Shown here: piece after piece, positions 53,455-64,000 of the stretch | Layout: every line of letters begins with the position of its first letter | Numbering within the stretch: position 1 is the first letter of the stretch | Source: Camelus ferus | Taxonomy: Eukaryota | Assembly (NCBI RefSeq): GCF_009834535.1 | Contig: NC_045696.1 | Coordinates: forward strand, 41,666,001-41,730,000 | Direction: 5' to 3' | DNA length: 64,000 bases | Translations under genes and position numbers: made by a program | The notes under the pieces: model-generated | What the model saw: the letters and a program-made list of their open reading frames with translations, nothing else | Databases searched by the model: none | Told to the model about the DNA's origin: nothing

Positions 53455-54102
53455 TTATAAACACAAGGGCAAAGCAATTAAAAGGCATAATCATACTCCT
53501 TAAATGATTGGTTATTTCCTCTTCATTATTTAGCCAGCAGCTATCTAGATATTCTAACCTATTCTAAAGTAACATTAAGTAAAAATCTATGTAGTAGAAG
53601 TATTTTGATAAACTACAAATTGTCATTCTCATTCCTCTTCAGATCCTTTATTTTCTTCCCACTCTCCTTGGAATTTGCCACTTCTGGCATATGCTCTATA
53701 CATAAAAGGCCATGTCAATGGGTTTCCATTTAAAAAGTAAAAGAAAAGTTTACTGCTTAGTAAGTTTGATAGCCCCAAAATACAACCAAGAGATATAAAT
53801 ACACTCCAAATATAAATACACTTCTAATATATTGTGTCACTTTTAAAAGTCAAATATATAAATATATGTAATAGCTCACATTAATTTTTTTATTTTAAAA
53901 CCACTTGCTTTGGTGAGGGAGAAGGACAGAAAGGACAAGCTGGAGGAAAATAAAGAAGACAGAGTAGCAGCTCAGATTGAGGGTAACTGATTAATAACAT
54001 TGGTTGAACAGATGCATGAATGAATAAGCCTGATTTCACTATCATTTCATCATCTATATCAACTTTAGTTTACTAGTATCATATCCATATTATGGCTTTT
54101 TA

Positions 54103-54271
54103 ATTTTTTAAATATTTTATTTCTTAGTATATTATTTAATTATTTTTTATTTTGGCAGGAGGGGGAGATATTTAAGTTTATTTATTTTTGGAGGAGGTAC
54201 TGGGGATTGAACCCTGGACCTTGTGCATGCTAAGCATACACTCTGTCACTTGAGCTATAACCTCCCCCTGC
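54103..54271 (-). mobile_element. tRNA-Ala-derived SINE (Vic-1-like)
   Basis: Same consensus; perfect 18-bp TSD ccatattatggcttttta at 54085-54102 and 54272-54289. Confidence 0.9.
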
Positions 54272-54973
54272 CCATATTATGGCTTTTTATTGGCTCTTGA
54301 GCAGCAAAAAGCAAAGTTTGGGAATCCTTCAAACATTTAAGGGACATATTACGATCAATTAAGCAATTCTGGTTAGTAAATATAAGGAAAAGAGAATGAA
54401 TTAACATAATAAAAAGGTACGAGATCAAGGATAACACTGTTTAATTAGAAATAAAATAAAATCTTAGTTCTATTGCTTCAGGGTCTATTGTGAGAAGTGC
54501 CACCATTTTAGATGTAAGAAGTTTTGTGTGCACCAACTTGAGAGTAATCGGCATGAATTTACAGAATGGAAAAACTATAAAATATAGAAACTGATCATAT
54601 TTTCATGTATGTAAAATAGCTAGTCAAATAGGTAAGTATATCTCATTAAACATATTTTGTGGGTATATTTAGGAAAATTACCATAATGTAGAAGTTAAGA
54701 TTATAATTAATTTATCCAGTATCATAAATTAGTATTTTTGAAGTGCTTCAAAGATATAAACCATTTACTCTCTTAAAATAATGTAAATTTTCCTCTGAAG
54801 CTATATAAATACCATACTTTTAGCAAGTCCTTTTTCCATGGCTGGTAGAAAGATAATATTTGGCTCAGTCTCTGTCCAAAGTATCACAAATTTTGAATTA
54901 TAATGAGATACAATTGTGTTAGAACTACGTTTGAATTTCACCATGGAGCCTAAGGGTTTGGTTGTTTGCTTAC

Positions 54974-55225
54974 CTCGGACTTTAAAATATTTCACATGGT
55001 TTGCCACAGCCTCAGTAACACTTTCTTCTGGGCACGTTTTCACACCATTAGGAAACAGAGTAGATCGCCTTCTTCTGAGCAACCACTGTCTCTCAGTTTC
55101 CCTGTGATCCAGAGGTTGTTTCTTTTCGGAAGGTAAAGAAGAGTCTGTGGATTCTGAGTCCGTCAGGAGAAAAGAAACTGCACTCTTGGGTTCTTGAATC
55201 TCTTCTAAAGATAAGTAGGTTTGCG
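54974..55225 (-). CDS. IMPG2: IMPG2 coding exon 2
   Basis: 252 nt, AG 55226-55227, GT 54972-54973; (A)[20 protein letters not shown]...[37 protein letters not shown]. Confidence 0.96.
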
Positions 55226-55534
55226 CTACAGAGTGAAAGCATAAATAAAGCCTCTGATGACAGAAGAAGATACAGTATGAAAGGTAACAAAGAAAAACTG
55301 ACATCTGTGCCACGTTTGGATTTTGAACTCAATGCTCAAATTATAAACATGTGTGCCTGAGGAGGGGTGGACTGAAGCATTTAATCTTTTCTCCATTTAA
55401 TTCCTACTCCTTTACTTCAAGACTATTATTTATTGAAATCAAGTATACATACAATTTCAACATATGAAATAAGAGGAAGGAAGGTCTGAAATAGGAATTA
55501 CTAATGAAGAAGAAAACCAAAATTACTGGAGAGA

Positions 55535-55572
55535 TTATTATTTTTTTAATGGAGGTACTGGGTATTGAACCG
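55535..55572 (-). mobile_element. Severely 5'-truncated SINE fragment in IMPG2 intron 1
   Basis: tttttttaatggaggtactgggtattgaacc equals the B-box/3' part of the SINE; flanks actggagagattat / acaggagaaattat. Confidence 0.7.
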
Positions 55573-55730
55573 ACAGGAGAAATTATAAAAGTTTAAACAA
55601 AGCAATATCAAAGACTACTAGAGTAATATTTGATTAAATTTCTTACAGCAGTCATATCAAATAATGTTATTTTTAGAGAGAATATACTACAGATATAAAG
55701 AAAGATAAAATAATGTAGATTTTTAAATAC

Positions 55731-55815
55731 CTGTTAATGATGGAAGGTTTCCTTCTATCAGGACAAATATCAAAATACCCAGATAAATCTTCTCAAAATG
55801 AGGAAACATAATCAT
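55731..55815 (-). CDS. IMPG2: IMPG2 coding exon 1 (start codon, signal peptide)
   Basis: ATG at 55815-55813, 85 nt to GT at 55729-55730; MIMFPHFEKIYLGILIFVLIEGNLPSLT. Confidence 0.95.
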
Positions 55816-55999
55816 TTGAGCCAAAATCAGATGAGGAGAGGCCAAAATCCTTAACTGAGTCCCAAAGATTTGAACCTTCAAATAAATTGTTACAGAAAAG
55901 GTCTAACATTTAAAAGTTTGAGAACTGACAACCATTCCAAAATCATTATAAATTAGCAAAATAAAAATGGTACCCTTTCAAAGTATCTCTCACTTCTTT

Positions 56000-56200
56000 T
56001 CTGAACTGACCAGCATGCTTTGAAAGCAGGAAAGATAAGCTAATTAGGACAGATGGGAGGAGACAATTTCTTTATTCTAATCTAGCCAGCTAAGCTCTTT
56101 ACCAACACTCTCCTTGCCTTTAACAAGCAGTCCGTCCAGTTAAAAATAATGTTTCACATGTAACTCACTGTTTTACAATTTGTCTCAATCTGCTAGTCAT
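56000..56200 (-). promoter_or_regulatory. IMPG2: Likely IMPG2 proximal promoter with homeodomain sites
   Basis: About 190-390 nt upstream of ATG; palindromic CTAATTAG at 56040-56047 (Ret-1/PCE-1-like) and CTAATCT at 56077-56083 (CRX/OTX-like); TSS not determinable from sequence. Confidence 0.55.
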
Positions 56201-57644
56201 ACCTGACAGATTCACATATTCTCCGGGTTCTTCCACAACTACGATTTGTAAGCATAAAAAGGCCAGAATGACTATATCTACATCAGAAATACAGAGCTAC
56301 ATACAAACAAAGTTGTTTCTCTTTGTAAGAAAGCTACTGTCTTGTAAATTTCCCTCCTTAATTAAAAAAAAAATTGAACACCTTTCACTAAAACTACTAT
56401 GTCTCCTTATCTATAAAATAGGATAGCAATAGTAAACCTAACTCATGATAGAGATGTTGTGAGGATTAAATTTGTTAACACACAGAAAACACTTAGAATA
56501 GTACCTAGCACACACTAAGCACACAATATGAATGATAGCTATGTGATAATAACTTTGTTGCTTAATTTGCTATTAAGCATGAGGCCCAGTGTGTTTATCT
56601 ACATGAGGAACACCTAACCAAGAAAGGATATCCTTTACCGCAATAGGAGACCAGATAAAAATTTTTCACAGTTATCTTTATCAAATAAACCTAGTAAAAA
56701 GCAAATAAAATTGGTCACAATCCCCGTGGGAGCTAGGATTTACTATGAAATAGCAATAAATCTCTATCTTACGTATCTCTGGCAAAGTTCTCTGGTGAAA
56801 AAAAAATTTTTTTGTAAAGATCTAAAGCACATTCCTCTTCAGAATCTTAAATAGTCCTGACCCTGATTTCTCCAGTCCCCAAAACAGCAAACTCAGTTAT
56901 CAGAGAAGAGACCACCTGGGTGGGTACAGACCACTCCAACATAAAGAAGCCTCATACACATAGAACCATGACTTTAAACAGCCCCATGGCAAAGTTTCCA
57001 GATTTCCATAAGGACAAGCTTAGTTACAAGAAACTACAGAGGGAAGCAAGGATACATGTTTTCCAAGAGTATTATGTTCTGGTCAAGAAGGCCTTCAGGG
57101 TATGCATGTCTACTCATAGTTCTCCCAATCCAGACAGTTCAACAATTAGAGGTCACTTTCATGATAGAAAAAAAAATATTGAATACAACTAACATTTATT
57201 CTAGCTCAGTATTCCTCCAAAGAAATAGTATTGAAAGAAGGAAAACCTAAGATAATTTCCTATTAAGAAAGGGCTTAAGCTTGGAGTTAAGCCAAAAGTA
57301 ATTAAAGTGTAAATGAATAATCTTACGTGACTAAAAAGTAGGTGATGGTGGAAAGATGAGAATAGAACGTAATTTTGAATCAGATTAGAAAGGGCTCTGT
57401 ATGACAAGTCTAGACCTCTTTTCCCCCTAAAATAAAAAACAAAAAAACAAAAAAGCTGATTTTTAGAGGTATTCAACTTCTAAATCCTAGTTAAGTGATT
57501 GGATTATGACTTTAAAAATAAAAAAAAAAAGAGCTGCCACTTTCCTTACCCCAAGTGTTGCAAAACAAAAATAGTGTTATCTTCTCTAAGAGGGCTTTCC
57601 CTGTCCACTGACAACCCTCTTATTATCTACCACCTCTCACTAAC

Positions 57645-57692
57645 ACAAACACGCACGCACACACAGACACACACAGACACACACACACACAC
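57645..57692. repeat. Imperfect (CA)n microsatellite
   Basis: Directly visible. Confidence 0.85.
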
Positions 57693-58019
57693 ATCCCAGG
57701 CTGAACACACTCCTGTGCTCCCAAAGAAACTCTATGATTGTTTTTAACAGGGACTATTAAAACTGTTCATACGTCCACTTCTCCCATCAGACTATAAATG
57801 ACTTAGGAATAAGAGCTGCCCTTCAATTTTTTCTACCTAGTACGCTGCCTGCTAGTAGTAGATGCTCAAAAATGTTCCCTGGACTGACAATCAAATTAAC
57901 TATATGTCTGCTAAAACAGGAAGAAAAATTAATCTAAGCATCAATTATATGATGGCACTGAGAATAATACAATTTAAAATTTATCTCTATGAATGGCTTA
58001 CATTTTTTAAGAAAAAAAT

Positions 58020-59734
58020 TACACCTCAATTTAATGAATTAAAAACATGTTTAATATAAAATGTTGATATTCTCAAAGTATTATTTCCACATTAATTTAG
58101 GAAAATGAGTTTTAAACAATCTTCAAAACATGATAAAGGACAGTGGTATCTTTGAAAAACATACAAACAAAAGAAGTTAAGAAGTCACAAGAAAATGTAT
58201 TATATACTTGTTTTCCCAAAATTAGATATACAAAATAATTAATAGTAATCTAAAAAAGTCCCCTCCCACACACACACAAATTGGGAATGAAATATGTAAT
58301 TATAACCACCTTTATAAGAAATCTCCAAAGGACAAACATCTTTAACAATATAAAGATGGTGACAGGATTAACAGAAACTTAAGGACACTAGGCTTAACTC
58401 ACAACTTCAATTCACATAATTTTTAAATAAAATGTTCCGACTTTTAGCCTCATCTTAAATTGCCTTTGCTTCATTGCTCTACATACAAGAGATGCTTTAA
58501 ACAGAATGTAAATCCAAGAGATGCTTTAAGCAGAACATTAAAATATAATTAAAAACCATTTTTATTGTCTGAGAAAATACAATATAATCATCCTCTCAAA
58601 GTATTCCTGACAGCATAAGGAGGCTGTGAAGCGTTTAATCACATGAAATACCACCATCATCACATCAATTCAGAACTGTTACCTGAACATTTAATAAAAA
58701 CTCTGCTCCACGAGGATCACAGATCTCTAAAAGTTATGATTTAAATTTTAAAAGCAATGAGAGCAATCTGGCTTTTGCAGATGAATAGTGGGTAAGTGGA
58801 GCGATAAAATTATATATTTAGCTCTAACAATAAATAAGACTTTGAGGAGTTTTTAATTAAAGTTATGAAAACACTAATTTTATCTTCTATACTTAAAAGA
58901 AACTGTGTACATATATTCTGGGTACCAGAATAGGATAGGATTCAATTTTTATATAGCTATACCTCAAATAAACTAAGCTGAACTACATATACAGTTTTAA
59001 AAACCTATTTTGGATAGCTAAATTCTTTGTGTCCGAATTTCACTCTGAATGAACTAAACTCTCAGATCCCCACACATGACATCAAAAGAAATGGAAAACA
59101 AATAACAATTAGAGCAGAGTGACGGTTCCATTTAGCAACTGAGAAAAATAAGCTGCGCTTTGAAAGAGTGCATTTTTATTACCTTCCTAACATAATGTCT
59201 TCTCTTACACTATACAGAAGGGATGCCGTAAATGGCATTTTCTGAAGCCTTGATACTAAAATTCTTTTTAAAAAAATACACAGTATTCATACTGCATGCT
59301 TGAGTTGCAAAGAACAGAATTACAATATAATGTGACTTGTCAAATTTGACAAGCACTGGGGCTGGCACCAGGGAGGACCTACCTCCCTTCAACTCCCAGT
59401 TATGTGGAAGTACAGATCACATAGTTTTCTTATCTACAAAAACATTCCCACATTACATACGCTATTGCATAATCCAAGCATATTTAATCAGAAAAATATC
59501 AAATATTTATGAAATTTTAATTTCTAATAAGTTTCTCTATATCACCCCTATTTCCATCCCATCTACACGATCCCGACAATTCTAATAATATATCTTATAT
59601 ATTTTAAATAATGTACAATGACTTATAAAACTACTACAAGTTATCTTCTTCTCTGTGAGCTGGCTAACACAAATGCTGGTAAGCGGCTTTCCAGTAATCG
59701 TATAGAGCATCTGTGTCATGTTTGTACAGATTAA
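58020..59734 (-). other. SENP7: SENP7 3' UTR with candidate poly(A) signals
   Basis: AT-rich, repeat-free stretch after the stop; minus-strand AATAAA at 59175-59180 and 58561-58566, ATTAAA at 58050-58055 and 58030-58035; true end uncertain. Confidence 0.6.
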
Positions 59735-59872
59735 CTAGCTATTGCTGCCCTTCTGTTGCTGTAAATGAAGTTTCAAAATGAGCTCTCGAATATCTTCCCG
59801 TTTGGTCTTTATCACATGACGAGGAAACCATTTCTCCAAATGAATTGGAAGTTCAAAGTTAACAATAGGATC
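59735..59872 (-). CDS. SENP7: SENP7 last coding exon
   Basis: 138 nt, AG 59873-59874, stop TAG 59737-59735; [45 protein letters not shown]. Confidence 0.95.
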   Translation of the reverse strand, partial: DPIVNFELPIHLEKWFPRHVIKTKREDIRELILKLHLQQQKGSNS

Positions 59873-59967
59873 CTAATGAGAGAAAAGACAATACAATCAC
59901 TTTAGCATTATAATTCAAATTTGTTTTAATTTCATTTTTGTAAGAGATGAGAAATTGCTAACTTATT

Positions 59968-60090
59968 AAATAACAGCTTTACTGAGATATAATTCACATA
60001 CCATACAATTCTCCTACTCAGTTGAATGATTTTCAGTATATTCACAGAATTGTGCAACCATCACCACAATCAACTTCAGAATATTTCACT
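59968..60090 (-). mobile_element. Old L1 3'-end fragment
   Basis: aacagctttactgagatataattcacataccatacaattc...tatattcacagaattgtgcaaccatcaccacaatc. Confidence 0.75.
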
Positions 60091-61329
60091 AAATTGCTAA
60101 CTTTTGAACATCAAAAATAAATACCATCTGTTTTGCTACAATGCATGTTTAAGTGAATTATGAATTAGTGCAAACGGAATTGATAAACAGAGAATAATGC
60201 AGCACAATGCAGAAGTCCAGTTGGTTTGAACACGATTTTTTCCAAAATGTTAATATTTTGAAACTATTAAAAGAGAAAGCCTTAGCAGTAAATGAAGAGT
60301 CTCAGATAAAAAAACAGAAAATCCTGCAGAAGTACCGTCTTTTAGTGCAAGAAACAGCCAATTAAATGGCTTCAAGAACTGCTACATTTTCCATTGTATT
60401 AAACTGATCAATGAAGTTGCAAGTTCCAACTACAAAGACATTTCTGCCTGTGTTTTAAAGAATAAATAACTGCTGAAGAAGGCTTCCCCTAGATCATGTT
60501 CATAAATTTGATGAAACTATTAGAAGCCATATGTAAGAAGGACTTACATCTTGAAGAAGAAATTAAGAGTCCCAGGGTATAAAGTTGAAGTGATGGACTG
60601 ACTGTGATTCTAGGAGCAAATGTGGAGATTTAACTCTGCAAGTATTTTTATTAGAATTAATACTGTTTTTGTTAAGGTCAAGTTACAAAGTTCCACAGGT
60701 TTTGAGTGGTCAACCTGAAATCTATTTTCTTCAACCTATGCTGTCACATTAGTGTACAAATATATTTGTACAAATATATTCCCCTCCACCAAGGAATCTT
60801 CATTAAACAGTGCTGCAACCTACACTAGAAGTTCTACAGACTAAAGCTACACATAAAGTAGAATTATGTAACAGACTCATAATATGTTATGTAATAAAGC
60901 ACTTTGGATATCCTAAAAACAAAAGCAAATCTCTTCGGAAAGAGTATTAGAAGACCAGAACTGTCACCGTATAATGAAGTTCCAGTGTAGGAATAAAAAA
61001 GGAAAACAACAATAACAATGTAACATGTTGAATGGTTTTTCATAATGTGTACCATCGTCTACTATATATTATCAATCCTCCCCAATTATACAAGAAGTTG
61101 TAACTGCATACTGTAACCTTTATGCTTTGAAAGCACCTTTAAGGATTCTCCAAACAAGCCTTATACTCATCTCCATAAATAATATTGGTAATGACTGAAG
61201 TAATGAGCTAACAGCTCAAAAAGCAAAGGGTGATCCCTTGCTATTTAATATCTCTTTTAAATGTTGCTACAGTTCCTATAGAGTCTCTGATAAGCTGGAT
61301 AATAATACCCATACTTGTCACTGTACTTA

Positions 61330-61880
61330 TGTAGTTTAAGGTTTTCTCAACTTCTTGAATACACAAGTTTTTAGTTTTGAAAATTCTTCTTCAAATATGT
61401 ATCTGCTTCATTCTGTCTCTCCACCCCACTCCCCAATCCTCCTGGGACTCCAATTACATATAAATTAGACTTTTTGACTGTATCACACTTATCTCTTATG
61501 CTCTGTTCTCTTCTTTACATTCTTTTCCCTGTCTGAGCTACAGTGAGATACCTTTAGTCCTTTTTTTAAATTCCCTAATCCTATCTTCTGCTGTATTCAG
61601 TGGACTGTTAAATCCATCCAGTAAGTTCTTAATTTCAGATATATCATTATGCATTTTCGGCCCACTTGATTTTTCTTAGCAGATTTCATTTCACACATTT
61701 TGTTTATCTTTGACTATTTTCTCTAACATATTAATCATATAATTTTTAAGTTCTTATTTGGCTAATCCCAGTATCTGGGTTGTATGCAGTTCTATGCCTT
61801 TTTTCTCCCTCTGATAACCTGTAACATTTTCCTGCTTCTTTGCTTGCCCAGTAATTTTGTGATTATATGCTGATAATTGT
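61330..61880 (-). mobile_element. Old L1 ORF1-region relic
   Basis: tcttcaaatat...ctgggactccaattacata...ttagac...tcttctgctgt...ctgttaaatccatccagt; approximate. Confidence 0.6.
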
Positions 61881-61911
61881 GAATTTAGAACATATTTATA
61901 TCTTTACATAC

Positions 61912-62062
61912 CTTAAAGAAGCTTTCCACATATTGAAGTAAATATACCCCACAATCACTGCTATTATCTTGTTTAGGAACTTTAGGGCACAGGTCCACCA
62001 TGTTTGTTTTGCTGAATTCACGATGAGTTTTTCGTTTAACTTCCCACTCTACCTCTAAATAC
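61912..62062 (-). CDS. SENP7: SENP7 penultimate coding exon (Ulp1/C48 peptidase catalytic Cys)
   Basis: 151 nt, AG 62063-62064, GT 61910-61911; [50 protein letters not shown]. Confidence 0.96.
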
Positions 62063-62714
62063 CTTAAATCATCAAAAAGTAGAGTGACTTGAGTAGAAAT
62101 TTCTTTACTATTATGTAACACTTTCACAAAGATCAAAAAACATTTGCTGCCAAATATGTTGCCTCCAGACACACTGCCAGACTAAACTTTAACAGTACAA
62201 ATTATAATATGTGAGGCTTCAAAAGTGCTACTTTAAAGAAAATCACCTGAGTTTCAAAATAAAAGCTAGATTTTTTCAACAACTCAACTTTCATAACTCA
62301 TATACATAAATAACTTATATTACAAAGTAATTTAACAAATTATTTTTAAACTTTAGTTGGTAGCTTTTTCCATATCCTACAGTAAATTTTAAAATTACAA
62401 ACACACATGATAAGAATGTAAGAGTTCTTACTTCTTGTTAAAGCATTACTTTTGATAACCACTAATAGTTGCAATGCTGTTGTAAAACTATGCTTTTGTT
62501 CAATTATAACTACAAGTTCTAAATTTACTTTTAATTTATCCTTGAGAAACATTTTAATACTTGAAGATTAAGACATAATGGTGATATTTATTATTAATTA
62601 TTTATAGGCCTCATCTAAACACATAATAAAATATAATTCCTGACATAATCTTTTCAGTAATTCTTAAGGTAACCTAATAATTATTGAGATTTTAGTAAAA
62701 TTGTCATTACTTAC

Positions 62715-62783
62715 TCTCGTAAATTCTGAACTGTGTTTTGTATAGAAGCAGCTTTTAAGGAGTCTAGAATGAGAATACACGGC
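62715..62783 (-). CDS. SENP7: SENP7 coding exon (catalytic Asp region)
   Basis: 69 nt, AG 62784-62785, GT 62713-62714; (R)[22 protein letters not shown](E). Confidence 0.94.
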
Positions 62784-62880
62784 CTATGAAAAGTAAAAGA
62801 AGAAATCAATATGGACATATGTGCATAGAAAGTAAACCTAAATATCTGAAAAAAACTGTATTATTATAGCATGTACCTAC

Positions 62881-62924
62881 CTTTTACACATTTTCTTTGG
62901 TACTGATGTATTCATCTCAGGACT
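62881..62924 (-). CDS. SENP7: SENP7 coding exon; gene continues beyond right edge
   Basis: 44 nt, AG 62925-62926, GT 62879-62880; SPEMNTSVPKKMCK(R). Confidence 0.9.
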
Positions 62925-64000
62925 CTAAAATAACATGAATTTTTATGACTTTACAATTAAAGCTAGTTTATGACTTTACAATACTCAGTTACTCTTTAAA
63001 ATATTTCTAACAACTATGAAATTAAAATTTCAAATATTAGAGTTCTTTTCATCAACTGAAGTAAGCCAACATCATTTTTCAAAAATTTTTTGATTTATGT
63101 TCTTATACTGGTGAAACAATAGTTTATATACTTTTACATGTGGCCTCAATAAGTTATGGAGCTTTAATATGGCCTAAAACACAACATGGAACTTGAATTG
63201 CTTCCATTCAGACTTGCCATCTTAGCAAAGATAAACATGTTAATTTAACCTGTCCTTATACATATTCTCTTAATATACAATGTCAGTAGAGACAGGCTGC
63301 TTCCCCTTGAAACATAAGAAGCAGAGTATTAATACGTATTAAGGGACAAGAGATGGGTTATTTTGTTAATTTTGATAAATTTGAGAATAGATCAAATTTT
63401 CTTCAGTGTGGAACTTCTCACTACCTATATTATTCTAATATAACAGTGAATCTCTAAGAGGAATAGGACACAGGGCCTACTCAACTTAACTGACCTTAGA
63501 ATTCTTGTTATCATAAACTGCATCTCAGAATAAGTGTTCCAAGGAACTCAGTCTGGGAAACCTGGCTCTGGGAGCAAGAAGGAACTCCCTTATTCTGCCA
63601 CTGTGACAGCAGAAAAGGAAACCACCTTCCTTCTGCCCACCCTATTCCAGTGACAGTAAAGACACAGGCCTGGGCCAAGGAGGCTGCTGCTGCTGCCTGT
63701 ATTTATTAAAAAAAAAAAAAAAAAAAAAAGTATGTGGCTACCTAATCAAGAACAATGAAATCTAGACCATGAATACCAGTTTGGAGGTCTATTTAAAGAG
63801 AAGTTAACAGTAACTATCTTAGCCTCAGGAGTCATATGGATTGACCATGAGTCTACTTTGAATAATTTTCACCAACAATTCACAATAATAGAATGTTGAA
63901 TATAAAACATAGGTTATTAATTACTCTAAGCACAAGAAATTCTGACTTAATGAAGAATAATGTACATTTTTCTATAGAAATTGGAAAAGTAGCCAATCAA

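Noticed and set aside
60753..60780. 20-bp perfect palindrome tgtacaaatatatttgtaca
   Set aside because: By-product of a 14-bp tandem duplication of AT-rich sequence in a SENP7 intron; no sign of function
62942..62982. 16-bp direct repeat tttatgactttacaat near a SENP7 acceptor
   Set aside because: Simple local micro-duplication with only 9 nt between copies; acceptor remains intact

Overview
Mammalian nuclear DNA, most likely from a camelid: six tRNA-Ala-derived SINE copies resemble the Vic-1 family as recalled, and cetartiodactyl-type L1 3' ends are present. The window holds two genes in tandem on the minus strand. The first is the 3' end of SENP7 (last four coding exons 62924->59735, including the catalytic Cys motif QDNSSDCG, plus a 3' UTR of about 1.7 kb). 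The second is IMPG2/SPACRCAN, from its promoter and ATG (55815) through 15 standard coding exons (two SEA domains, mucin-like region, EGF repeats) to position 507; the remaining exons lie beyond the left edge. All exon boundaries were read by hand as GT-AG, and the spliced frame stays open (3281 nt in window, 3305 nt with an extra microexon). Introns are filled with L1, SINE, MaLR, hAT/Tigger, MIR and L2 relics. I found no convincing new biological system. The most notable items are a 24-nt in-frame Cys-pair microexon of IMPG2, a tailless 5'-half tRNA-Ile(TAT) retrocopy with a 17-bp target-site duplication, a possible decayed mucin-like exon in intron 11, a tiny prematurely polyadenylated L1 fragment nested in an older L1, and a recent 143-bp tandem duplication. 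Orthologue comparisons and repeat family names come from memory, and coordinates of old repeats are approximate.
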